From the NCBI GenBank assembly GCA_965223265.1, contig OZ244999.1:6656001-6720000 (forward strand): DNA of 64,000 nt. Reading direction: 5' to 3'. The notes under the pieces are model-generated. The model was not told the DNA's origin. It was given only the letters and a program-made list of their open reading frames with translations, and did not search any database. Within the stretch, counting starts at the first letter, position 1. The number at the start of each line of letters is the position of its first letter. Positions 39,503-49,500 of this stretch are shown here, piece after piece. Source of the stretch: Planctomycetota bacterium. GTDB taxonomy: Bacteria; Planctomycetota; UBA8108; SXIK01. The translations under genes and the position numbers were made by a program.

Positions 39503-40407
39503 CCTACGCCTTCATCGAGGCTCTCAGCGAGAAAGTACTTTTGGGCGACGGCGCCATGGGGACTCAGCTTCAACAGAGTGGACTCGAACCCGGTGGCTGT
39601 GGTGAAGCATGGAACGCCGACGCGCCGGCGCGTGTACTGGCGATTCACCAAGCGTACGTTGAGGCGGGCTCTGACTGTCTGATCACCAACACCTTTGGTG
39701 GCTCTCGCATCATGCTTGAGCGTCACGGTTTTGGCGACCGTGTGAGCGAAATCAACCGCGCTGCCGCGCAGCTTGCGCGCCAAGCTTTCGGTGAACGCCC
39801 GGGTTTCGTACTCGGCGATATAGGCCCGTTCGGCGGCCTCATGGAGCCGTACGGCGAGATCAAACCGGAGGCTGTCCAGTCGGCTTTCCTGGAGCAGGCA
39901 GAAGCGCTTGTCGCCGGCGGAGTTGACGCCATTATCATAGAGACTCAAACGTCGCTCGAAGAGCTCGAGATCGCGATCGAAGCTGCTCGCGCCGCCGGTG
40001 CGCGCTGTGTCATCGGCTCGGTGGCGTTCGACGTCACACTTGACGGCTCCGAAGCCCGGACGATGATGGGAGTCGACCCCGAAGCGGCAGCGAAGTTCAT
40101 GGCGGCGCTGGGAGTGGATGTCATCGCCCTCAACTGCGGCACCGGCATCGACATGGAATGGGCCGCAAAGATTGCTGCGCGGTACCGAAATGTGTGTGAT
40201 TCACCGCTGATGGCTCAACCCAACGCGGGCACCCCCTCTCTCGAAGACATGCGAGTCGTGTATAAGCAGCGTCCCGAAGAAATGGCGTCGACGTGCGGCG
40301 CCGTGCTGACGGCAGGTGTGGGAGTCATTGGGGCATGTTGCGGGAGCACACCAGAGCACATTCGAGCGCTGCGCGCCAAACTCGACGAATACAACAGAGA
40401 GGCGTGA
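39499..40407 (+). CDS. Homocysteine S-methyltransferase domain protein (stand-alone MetH N-terminal module)
   Basis: DGAMGT, H..Y..AG.D...TNTFG, Zn ligands LNCG and GACCG.TPEHI, PNAG.P; ATGA-coupled to upstream gene. Confidence 0.92.
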   Translation: MTYAFIEALSEKVLLGDGAMGTQLQQSGLEPGGCGEAWNADAPARVLAIHQAYVEAGSDCLITNTFGGSRIMLERHGFGDRVSEINRAAAQLARQAFGERPGFVLGDIGPFGGLMEPYGEIKPEAVQSAFLEQAEALVAGGVDAIIIETQTSLEELEIAIEAARAAGARCVIGSVAFDVTLDGSEARTMMGVDPEAAAKFMAALGVDVIALNCGTGIDMEWAAKIAARYRNVCDSPLMAQPNAGTPSLEDMRVVYKQRPEEMASTCGAVLTAGVGVIGACCGSTPEHIRALRAKLDEYNREA

Positions 40408-40413
40408 ACCGAC

Positions 40414-40749
40414 GTGAGAGTACGCATCGGACCTGTGAACGCGGAGGCCGAGAAACTCATTCCGCCCGCACAACCAGACGGCTCGAAGATCGGCGTCAAC
40501 CACGCCGACGCGTATATCAAGGCGATCAATACGACTCTCGAAGACGGCAGACAAGTATCGTGCAAACGGCGTGGCCTAAGCATTATCCTGACGATCGGCG
40601 ATCGCCAAGGTGAAGGTCTTATGAGGCGAATCGAACATGGCCCGGACGTACGACAGATCCTTCGTCATGCTCTTGAGACGGCGGCACTCGACGCCGGAGC
40701 GCGGCTGACGGTTGAAGGGGGAGAGATCTTCCTGTCGCTTGACGAGTAG
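40414..40749 (+). CDS. Small hypothetical protein in corrinoid operon
   Basis: 111 aa, co-oriented, 6 bp after the upstream stop. Confidence 0.65.
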   Translation: MRVRIGPVNAEAEKLIPPAQPDGSKIGVNHADAYIKAINTTLEDGRQVSCKRRGLSIILTIGDRQGEGLMRRIEHGPDVRQILRHALETAALDAGARLTVEGGEIFLSLDE

Positions 40750-40811
40750 TTCGCCCGATTCCATTTCGCCGGGAGCGCGAAGAGTCCGAGAACAAGAGAT
40801 CGAGGAAACCC

Positions 40812-41924
40812 GTGTCCGAACGAACCTACAACCAACTCGTCAGCTACATTGCGCCTGCGGCGCCGGCAACGAGGCGACCATACCGCGGCGACGAGGCATT
40901 AGTGCGGCCGGAGATCGGCTTCACGCCCAAATGGTATCGCCAGCACGTGGATGTCGAGTTTGGAGAGCGTTGGCACACGGACCCGGCATACCGCCATGAA
41001 ACGGTTCGTCGGATGAGCAAGGTACTCGCGGAACGATTCCCGGGTACAAACATTGGGAACGTCAAAGACGTAGATGATCCTGCGGACATTCTCACTGGTA
41101 CGTTCGGGGCTTCTTTCGTCGCAGCGATTTACGGCGTTCCGATCGACTACCAGGAAGAAAACTGGCCTTGGAGCCAACACAAGTTCCTCAGCGACGAGGA
41201 GGCGGGCCGCTTGCAGCCGGCTGATCTCGACTCGAACCCCTTCTTCGCTGAGTTCATGGAGCAAGTCGAGTGGATCGCGCGCCAAAAGGGTCACGTCGAA
41301 GGCTACGTCAATTGGCAAGGAATCATCAACAATGCGTATCGACTCCGCGGTGAAGAGCTCTTCATCGACATGGTTGCTGAGCCAGAGCGGGCTCGAAACG
41401 TCTTCGAATGCATTACGCAAACCATGATCGATGGAGCTCGACGCCTCTACGCGCGACAACGCGACAGCGGCGTCGACAACCAGCATTTCACCGTGAGCAA
41501 TTGTTTAGCCAACATGGTGTCGCCGGAACACTACGCGGAGTTCTTGCTGCCATGTGACCGGAGGTTGTCGGAAGAGTTCGGAATCCTCGGAGTTCACAAC
41601 TGCGCGTGGAACGCTGACGGACTCATTGATCACTACGCCTCAATTCCGAATGTCGCTTACGTCGATATGGGCCAGGACTCAGATCTAGATCGAGCCACCG
41701 CCGCGTTCCCTAACACCCGCCGCGCCATCATGTACACCCCGATGGATGTGAAGGATAAGTCGAGCGAGGAAATTCGGAGAGACTTCGAGGCGATCGCACG
41801 CAAATTCGGGAGCTGCGACATCGTCTGCGCTGATATCGAGGCAGGAACTCCGGACAACCGAGTCCTCGAGCTTGTACGCATCTGCGCGGATCTGTCAGAG
41901 CGACTCGCCGACGATCGGCTTTGA
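40812..41924 (+). CDS. Uroporphyrinogen decarboxylase/MtaA-CmuA-fold protein, probable substrate:corrinoid methyltransferase
   Basis: GAGG RBS; A..LRG.ELF.DM...PE, MVSP..Y.EF.LP.D, H-x-C (HNC), C-terminal C...I..GTP. Confidence 0.75.
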   Translation: MSERTYNQLVSYIAPAAPATRRPYRGDEALVRPEIGFTPKWYRQHVDVEFGERWHTDPAYRHETVRRMSKVLAERFPGTNIGNVKDVDDPADILTGTFGASFVAAIYGVPIDYQEENWPWSQHKFLSDEEAGRLQPADLDSNPFFAEFMEQVEWIARQKGHVEGYVNWQGIINNAYRLRGEELFIDMVAEPERARNVFECITQTMIDGARRLYARQRDSGVDNQHFTVSNCLANMVSPEHYAEFLLPCDRRLSEEFGILGVHNCAWNADGLIDHYASIPNVAYVDMGQDSDLDRATAAFPNTRRAIMYTPMDVKDKSSEEIRRDFEAIARKFGSCDIVCADIEAGTPDNRVLELVRICADLSERLADDRL

Positions 41925-41938
41925 CATGTCGAGGCGCG

Positions 41939-43450
41939 TCAGGAAACAACCGCCTCAATTCTCACCGACAGTTGCGACCACCTGACAACGCGATTTCGTC
42001 CCCCGTTCTTCGCGGCGTAGAGTGCTCGATCGGCGCGATCGATGAGGACTGCGAGATCCCTGAGTTCGTGTTGTCTCTGAGCGACCCCAAAACTCGAAGT
42101 CACGGTGAATCCGAACTCGTTGCAAGACGCCACTCGCCGACGAATCTCCTCAGCCACCTCAGCTGCACCTGACTCGTTGACATCGCGCAGCGCGACGCAA
42201 AACTCCTCTCCTCCATAGCGGCACACCGCGTCACTGTCATTGACAACTTCTTGCACGATGTCAGAGACACGTTGGATCACCTTGTCTCCCATCGCGTGAC
42301 CGTGCGTGTCGTTGATACTCTTGAATCGATCGATGTCTAGCATAATGCATGAAAGAGGAGCACCCGAATTCTGAGCGATCAACAGCTCTGTTTCAAAGAT
42401 CTCAAAGAAAGAACGTCGATTCAGGCACCCAGTTAATGGATCTCGCGTCGCGAGATAGCGAAGCTCCTTGTTCTTGCGGTCCACATCGTCACGCGATCGC
42501 TTGAGCATCAGTACCATCTGCTGCAGTTGATCGTTCTTCTCCTCTATATTTGTCACGTCATCGAAAGTTACCAACGCGCCGCGAACTCTACCGTCCGGTG
42601 ATTGAATCACCGAGCTGTTGATCACCAGCGTTCGTGTTCCGGCGGCTGGCGTCGACAAGAACAGCGGCACACCGACGATGCCGCGCCCTTCTTTGATCGT
42701 GTCTAACCACGGAAAATTGGCTTCTTCACGTGCATCCCGTGCGTTGACCCAAGGGAGCTTCGACAGCCGCTCCCCCATCAACGACGAAGAAGGTCGTCCA
42801 ACTTTTTGCGCAAACGCCAGATTAGCAAGAACGATCTGTCCTTTAGCGTCGATCAGGACGACACCTTCGGCAAGCGCATCCAACGTACGTTTGACGCGCT
42901 TCGGCACGACGCTTGATGGATCCAACTGACGGAGAGTGCGTTTGATGAAGGTGAGGAAGAGAAAAAAACCCATCACACCGACGAAAAGTGCCGTCGCGAT
43001 AAAGTGACTCACGCCGGTCCCGAAAACGCCTCGGCGGAACTTCTCGAAACGAAGTTCCAGTGTTCCCCACCGACTGCCCGCATTAAAAATTGGAACTTTT
43101 GCGTGCGTCGGGGTCGAATACTCCCCCGCCTGTCGCCCCCAGTACTCTGCGTGGTTCTCGGTGTTGATGAGGAGCTCTCCATCGAGGCTTCTCAGGCCCA
43201 CCGATCGGATGTCCGAGTTTCGGCTCGTTACTGCGACGATCGTTTGGCGCACGGCCTCATAGTCGCTACGGCCTGCCGCCATCGAGACTTGAACGGCCAA
43301 CGACTCACAAAACCGCTTGCGTGCGTCCATGGCCGACCGATTCGGATCCGGCATCAACCCGATCCATTCGGCGATCACGAGGACGCTGACAGTCAGCAGC
43401 GCCAAACCTAAACTGATTCCGACCGAGGGTGACAGGCGACTCAGTCTCAT
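41939..43450 (-). CDS. Membrane-bound PAS-GGDEF diguanylate cyclase
   Basis: Two TM helices around a periplasmic domain; PAS EGVVLID..G.I...N.AF; DPLTG..NRR, DID.FK.INDT.GH..GD, RYGGEEF. Confidence 0.95.
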   Translation of the reverse strand: MRLSRLSPSVGISLGLALLTVSVLVIAEWIGLMPDPNRSAMDARKRFCESLAVQVSMAAGRSDYEAVRQTIVAVTSRNSDIRSVGLRSLDGELLINTENHAEYWGRQAGEYSTPTHAKVPIFNAGSRWGTLELRFEKFRRGVFGTGVSHFIATALFVGVMGFFLFLTFIKRTLRQLDPSSVVPKRVKRTLDALAEGVVLIDAKGQIVLANLAFAQKVGRPSSSLMGERLSKLPWVNARDAREEANFPWLDTIKEGRGIVGVPLFLSTPAAGTRTLVINSSVIQSPDGRVRGALVTFDDVTNIEEKNDQLQQMVLMLKRSRDDVDRKNKELRYLATRDPLTGCLNRRSFFEIFETELLIAQNSGAPLSCIMLDIDRFKSINDTHGHAMGDKVIQRVSDIVQEVVNDSDAVCRYGGEEFCVALRDVNESGAAEVAEEIRRRVASCNEFGFTVTSSFGVAQRQHELRDLAVLIDRADRALYAAKNGGRNRVVRWSQLSVRIEAVVS

Positions 43451-43544
43451 CCGCACTCCCGACCCGAGGGTCTGACGCGGGAGGACGAGACGGTGGCGAT
43501 CTTCCCGTCAGGCGGTAAGTCGCGATCTCTGGCGGTTTTGCCTC

Positions 43545-46500
43545 TCATCCAAGCAAGTCTCCCAACTGTTCACCTTCCTCTTCTTCTTCTCGGCGTACCT
43601 CCCGTTCGCGCTTCGTCTTTTCATGCGCCGATAACGCGAGGATCGGCATGGGATCGAACCACACCCAGATCGGCACCGTCGACAGGAAGCTCGTCAGCAA
43701 GGACCCGGCCCGAAGCAGCCAAGTGACGAACCCAACGCTCAAGACCAGCGACGTTACTTGGAGCGAGGTTGAAAAGAAGCTTTGACCATCGTCATCGTCC
43801 GACTCGCTCGCGTCGATCTCATTTCCCATAACATCCAAAGCTTCCCAAAACGCGGCGCTCATAGGAGAGAGTCTCTCGACGATACGCACCTCGGTGGCTA
43901 GCTCGTCTTCGAGTTCCACATCTGGCACGTGGACGTCGATGTCGCTCGTGGTGTAGACCACTTCGACGGGATCAATCGGTGCTATCGGGTCGATCGCAGG
44001 GACGATGCGCGGACGAGGATCCGTTGGGCGAGGCTGCCCGGGAGTGGGACTTTGGTTGGGCGCTACAGGCCCTGGGCTGTCCTCACTCGGCGGCTGAGGA
44101 AGATCCGGCGATTCGTTGGGCGAGGGGGCGTCGACGTCGACGTCGCCGCCGGAGCCGTCGCTATCATCGGTTCCGTCGCTGTCGGACCCCGTATCGTCGG
44201 GAGTCTCTGGCGCGGTCGATTCGGGTTCTTCGCCGGGTGGCGGCGGCTCGGGATCGTCAAACGGATCACTATCCGGAGGACCGGCGTCTGGCACGAACGT
44301 CGAGCCACTCAATTGCACCGTGACGACGGCCGCTGTCGAAAGCGTAGGCACGCCCGAGTCTTCTACAAGCACCACCAGGTTGTAGGTCGGTAGGGCGACT
44401 GGGTCGAGAGCGGTGCTGTCGTTGACACTTACCACGCCGCTGTTCGGATCGATCGCGAATGCGTTACCGGTATTGCCGGACACGAAAGAGAACGTTAGGA
44501 CGTCGCCCATGTCAGGGTCACTGGCCGGCACGATTCCGACCACGGTGCCATTGACACTGCTCGCCACATCGAGAGTGACGGTGAAAGATGAAGCAACGGG
44601 CACGTCGTTGACGCTGGTCACGTCGATCGTCATCATGCGTGCGGCGGTGTCCGTATCGGTGCCGCTGTTGAGCGTGCCGCCATCGTCTTGAACTTGGAAC
44701 GTGAACGAGTCGTAGCCTGTGCCGTGGGCATCAGCCACGGGCTTAAACTTCAGGCGTCCCGCGGCGATGTCAGCGGCGCTGATCGCATCGAGCGCCGAGG
44801 CCGCCTCGCCGGCGTCCACCACGCCGTCGAGGTCTGTGTCTACATAGAGCGTGCCTGTTGACGTCGTTGTCGTCGCGATCACATTGAGGAGCGCGTTGGC
44901 CGGGCTGTCGCTGGGGTCGGTGAAGCCGAAGTCGCCTGTAGTGAACACATAGTCTGTGTCCTCTAGCGTCGTCACCGTGTTCGCTGTGCCCACCGGTGCA
45001 TCGTTGACGCTGGTAACGTCGATCGTCATCGTCCGAGGCGTCGGATCGGTGTCGACGCCGCTGTTCAGCGTGCCGCCGTCGTCTTGCACTTGGAACGTGA
45101 ACGACTCGTAGCCCGCGCCGTGGGCATCCGCCACCGGCCGGAACTTCAGGCGTCCCGCGGCGATGTCGCCGGCGCTGATGGCGTCGAGCGCCACCACAGC
45201 CTCTCCAGCGTCTACGACACCATCGAGGTCGGCATCGACGTAGAGCGAGCCAGTCGACGTTGTCGTCGTGGCGATCACATTGAGGAGCGCGTTCGCCGGG
45301 CTGTCGCTGGGGTCGGTGAAGCCGAAATCACCAGCCGTGAACACGTAGTCTGTGTCCTCTAGCGTCGTCACCGTGTTCGCTGTGCCCACCGGTGCGTCGT
45401 TGACGCTGGTGGCGTCGATCGTCATCACGCGCGCCGTGGTGTCCGTATCCACGCCGCTGTTCAGCGTGCCGCCATCGTCCTGAACCTGGAATGTGAACGA
45501 GTCGTAGCCCGTACCGTGAGCGTTCGGCGCTGGCTGGAACTTCAGCTGGCCAGCGGCGATGTCGGCGGCGCTGATCGCGTCGAGTGCCGAGACTGCTTCC
45601 CCAGCGTCGACCACGCCGTCGAGGTCAGCGTCGACGTAAAGCGTGCCGACCGATGGCGTCGTCGTGGCGACTATATTGAGGAGCGCGTTGGCTGGACTGT
45701 CGTTCGGATCGGTGAAGCCGAAATCGCCCGCGGTGAACACGTAGTCCGTGTCTTCAAGTGTCGTCACCGTGTTCGCCGTGCCTACGGGCGCGTCGTTAAC
45801 ACTCGTCACATCGATCGTCATGCTCCGCGGCGTCGGATCGGTGTCGACGCCGCTGTTCAGCGTGCCGCCGTCATCCTGAACCTGGAACGTGAACGAGTCG
45901 TAGCCCGCGCCATGGGCATCCGCCACAGGCCGGAACTTCAGACGACCCGCGGCGATGTCGGCGGCGCTGATCGCGTCGAGCGCAGCGACTGCCTCGCCGG
46001 CATCGACGACGCCGTCGAGGTCCGCGTCAACATACAGCGTGCCCGTTGACGTCGTCGTCGTGGCGATCACGTTCAGAAGTGCGTTCGCCGGGCTGTCGTT
46101 CGGGTCCGTGAAGCCGAAATCGCCCGCGGTGAACACGTAGTCCGTGTCTTCAAGTATCGTCACCGTGTTCGCCGTGCCGACGGGCGCGTCGTTGACACTC
46201 GTCACATCGATGGTCATCACCCGCGCGGTGGTGTCTGTATCAGCGCCGCTGTTGAGCGTGCCGCCATCGTCTTGAACTTGGAACGTGAACGAGTCGTAGC
46301 CTGTGCCGTGGGCATCCGCCACAGGCTGGAACTTCAGGCGGCCAGCCGCGATGTCGGCGGCGCTGATCGCGTCGAGTGCGGCGACGGCTTCCCCAGCGTC
46401 GACGACGCCATCGAGGTCGGCGTCCACATAGAGCGTACCTGTTGACGACGTCGTCGTGGCGATTACATTGAGGAGCGCGTTGGCTGGACTGTCGTTCGGA

Positions 46501-49500
46501 TCGGTGAAACCGAAATCGCCCGCGGTGAACACGTAGTCCGTGTCTTCAAGTGTCGTCACCGTGTTCGCCGTGCCTACGGGCGCGTCGTTAACACTCGTCA
46601 CATCGATCGTCATGCTCCGCGGCGTCGGATCGGTGTCGACGCCGCTGTTCAGCGTGCCGCCGTCATCCTGAACCTGGAACGTGAACGAGTCGTAGCCCGC
46701 GCCATGGGCATCCGCCACAGGCCGGAACTTCAGACGACCCGCGGCGATGTCGGCGGCGCTGATCGCGTCGAGCGCAGCGACTGCCTCGCCGGCATCGACG
46801 ACGCCGTCGAGGTCCGCGTCAACATACAGCGTGCCCGTTGACGTCGTCGTCGTGGCGATCACGTTCAGAAGTGCGTTCGCCGGGCTGTCGTTCGGGTCCG
46901 TGAAGCCGAAATCGCCCGCGGTGAACACGTAGTCCGTGTCTTCAAGTATCGTCACCGTGTTCGCCGTGCCGACGGGCGCGTCGTTGACACTCGTCACATC
47001 GATGGTCATCACCCGCGCGGTGGTGTCTGTATCAGCGCCGCTGTTGAGCGTGCCGCCATCGTCTTGAACTAGGAACGTGAACGAGTCGTAGCCTGTGCCG
47101 TGGGCATCCGCCACAGGCTGGAACTTCAGGCGGCCAGCCGCGATGTCGGCGGCGCTGATCGCGTCGAGTGCGGCGACGGCTTCCCCAGCGTCGACGACGC
47201 CATCGAGGTCGGCGTCCACATAGAGCGTACCTGTTGACGACGTCGTCGTGGCGATTACATTGAGGAGCGCGTTGGCTGGACTGTCGTTCGGATCGGTGAA
47301 ACCGAAATCGCCCGCGGTGAACACGTAGTCCGTGTCTTCAAGTGTCGTCACCGTGTTCGCCGTGCCGACGGGCGCGTCGTTGACGCTCGTCACATCGATG
47401 GTCATGGTCCGAGGCGTCGGATCGGTGTCGACGCCGCTGTTCAAAGTGCCGCCGTCGTCCTGAACCTGGAACGTGAACGAGTCGTAGCCCGTGCCCGTAG
47501 CGCCTGGCACCGGCTGGAACTTCAGGCGGCCAGCTGCGATGTCGGCGGCGCTGATCGCGTCGAGCGCCGCGACGGCTTCCCCAACGTCGACGACGCCATC
47601 GAGGTCCGTGTCGACATAGAGCGTGCCCGTTGACGTCGTTGTCGTCGCGATCACATTGAGGAGCGCGTTGGCGGGGCTGTCGCTGGGGTCGGTGAAGCCG
47701 AAGTCGCCTGTAGTGAACACATAGTCTGTGTCCTCTAGCGTCGTCACCGTGTTCGCCGTGCCGACGGGCGCGTCGTTGACACTCGTCACGTCGATGGTCA
47801 TCACCCGCGCGGTGGTGTCAGTATCAGCACCGCTGTTGAGCGTGCCGCCATCGTCTTGCACTTGGAACGTAAAGGAGTCGTAACCCGCGCCATGGGCATC
47901 CGCCACCGGCTGGAACTTCAGGCGACCTGCGGCGATGTCGGCCGCGCTGATCGCGTCGAGTGCCGCGACGGCTTCCCCAGCGTCGACCACACCGTCGAGG
48001 TCGGCATCGACATACAGCATGCCGACCGACGTCGTTGTCGTCGCGATCACATTGAGGAGCGCGTTGGCGGGGCTGTCGCTGGGGTCGGTGAAGCCGAAAT
48101 CACCAGCCGTGAACACGTAGTCTGTGTCCTCTAGCGTCGTCACCGTGTTCGCCGTGCCCACCGGTGCGTCGTTGACGCTGGTGACGTCGAGCGTCATCGT
48201 CCGAGGCGTCGGATCGGTGTCGACGCCGCTGTTCAGCGTGCCGCCGTCGTCCTGAACCTGGAACGTGAACGAGTCGTAGCCCGTGCCCGTCGCACCTGGT
48301 ACCGGCTGGAACTTCAGGCGACCGGCGGCGATGTCCGCCGCACTGATCGCATCGAGCGACGCGACTGCTTCGCCGACGTCGACTACGCCATCGAGATCCA
48401 CGTCGACATATAGCGTGCCGACCGATGTCGTCGTCGTGGCGATCACGTTCAAGAGTGCGTTGGCTGGACTATCGTTCGGATCGGTGAAACCGAAATCGCC
48501 CGCGGTGAACACGTAGTCCGTGTCCTCAAGTGTCGTCACGGTGTTCGCTGTGCCCACCGGTGCATCGTTGACGCTGGTGACATCGATCGTCATGGTCCGC
48601 GGCGTCGGATCGGTATCAACGCCGCCATTCAAAGTGCCGCCGTCGTCCTGAACCTGGAACGTGAACGAGTCGTAGCCCGTGCCCGTCGCACCTGGCACCG
48701 GCTGGAACTTTAGGCGGCGAGCGGCGATGTCGGCGGCGCTGATCGCGTCGAGCGCCGAGACTGCTTCGCCGGCGTCGACCACGCCGTCGAGGTCAGCGTC
48801 AACATACAGTGTGCCCGTTGACGTCGTCGTCGTGGCGATCACATTGAGGAGCGAGTTGGCCGGGCTGTCGTTCGGGTCCGTGAACCCGAAATCGCCCGCG
48901 GTGAACACGTAGTCCGTGTCTTCAAGTGTCGTCACCGTGTTCGCCGTGCCGACGGGCGCGTCGTTGACACTCGTCACATCGATGGTCATCACCCGCGCGG
49001 TGGTGTCTGTATCAGCGCCGCTGTTGAGCGTGCCGCCATCGTCTTGAACTTGGAACGTGAACGAGTCGTAGCCTGTGCCGTGGGCATCCGCCACAGGCTG
49101 GAACTTCAGGCGGCCAGCCGCGATGTCGGCGGCGCTGATCGCATCGAGCGACGCGACTACTTCGCCGACGTCGACTACGCCATCGAGATCCACGTCGACA
49201 TATAGCGTGCCTGTTGACGTCGTTGTCGTCGCGATCACATTGAGGAGCGCGTTGGCCGGGCTGTCGTTCGGGTCGGTGAAGCCGAAGTCGCCTGTAGTGA
49301 ACACATAGTCTGTGTCCTCTAGCGTCGTCACCGTGTTCGCTGTGCCCACCGGTGCATCGTTGACGCTGGTGACGTCGATCGTCATCGTCCGAGGCGTCGG
49401 ATCGGTGTCGACGCCGCTGTTCAAAGTGCCGCCGTCGTCCTGAACCTGGAATGTGAACGAGTCGTAGGTCGTGCTGTGAGCGTTCGCTGCCGGCTGGAAC

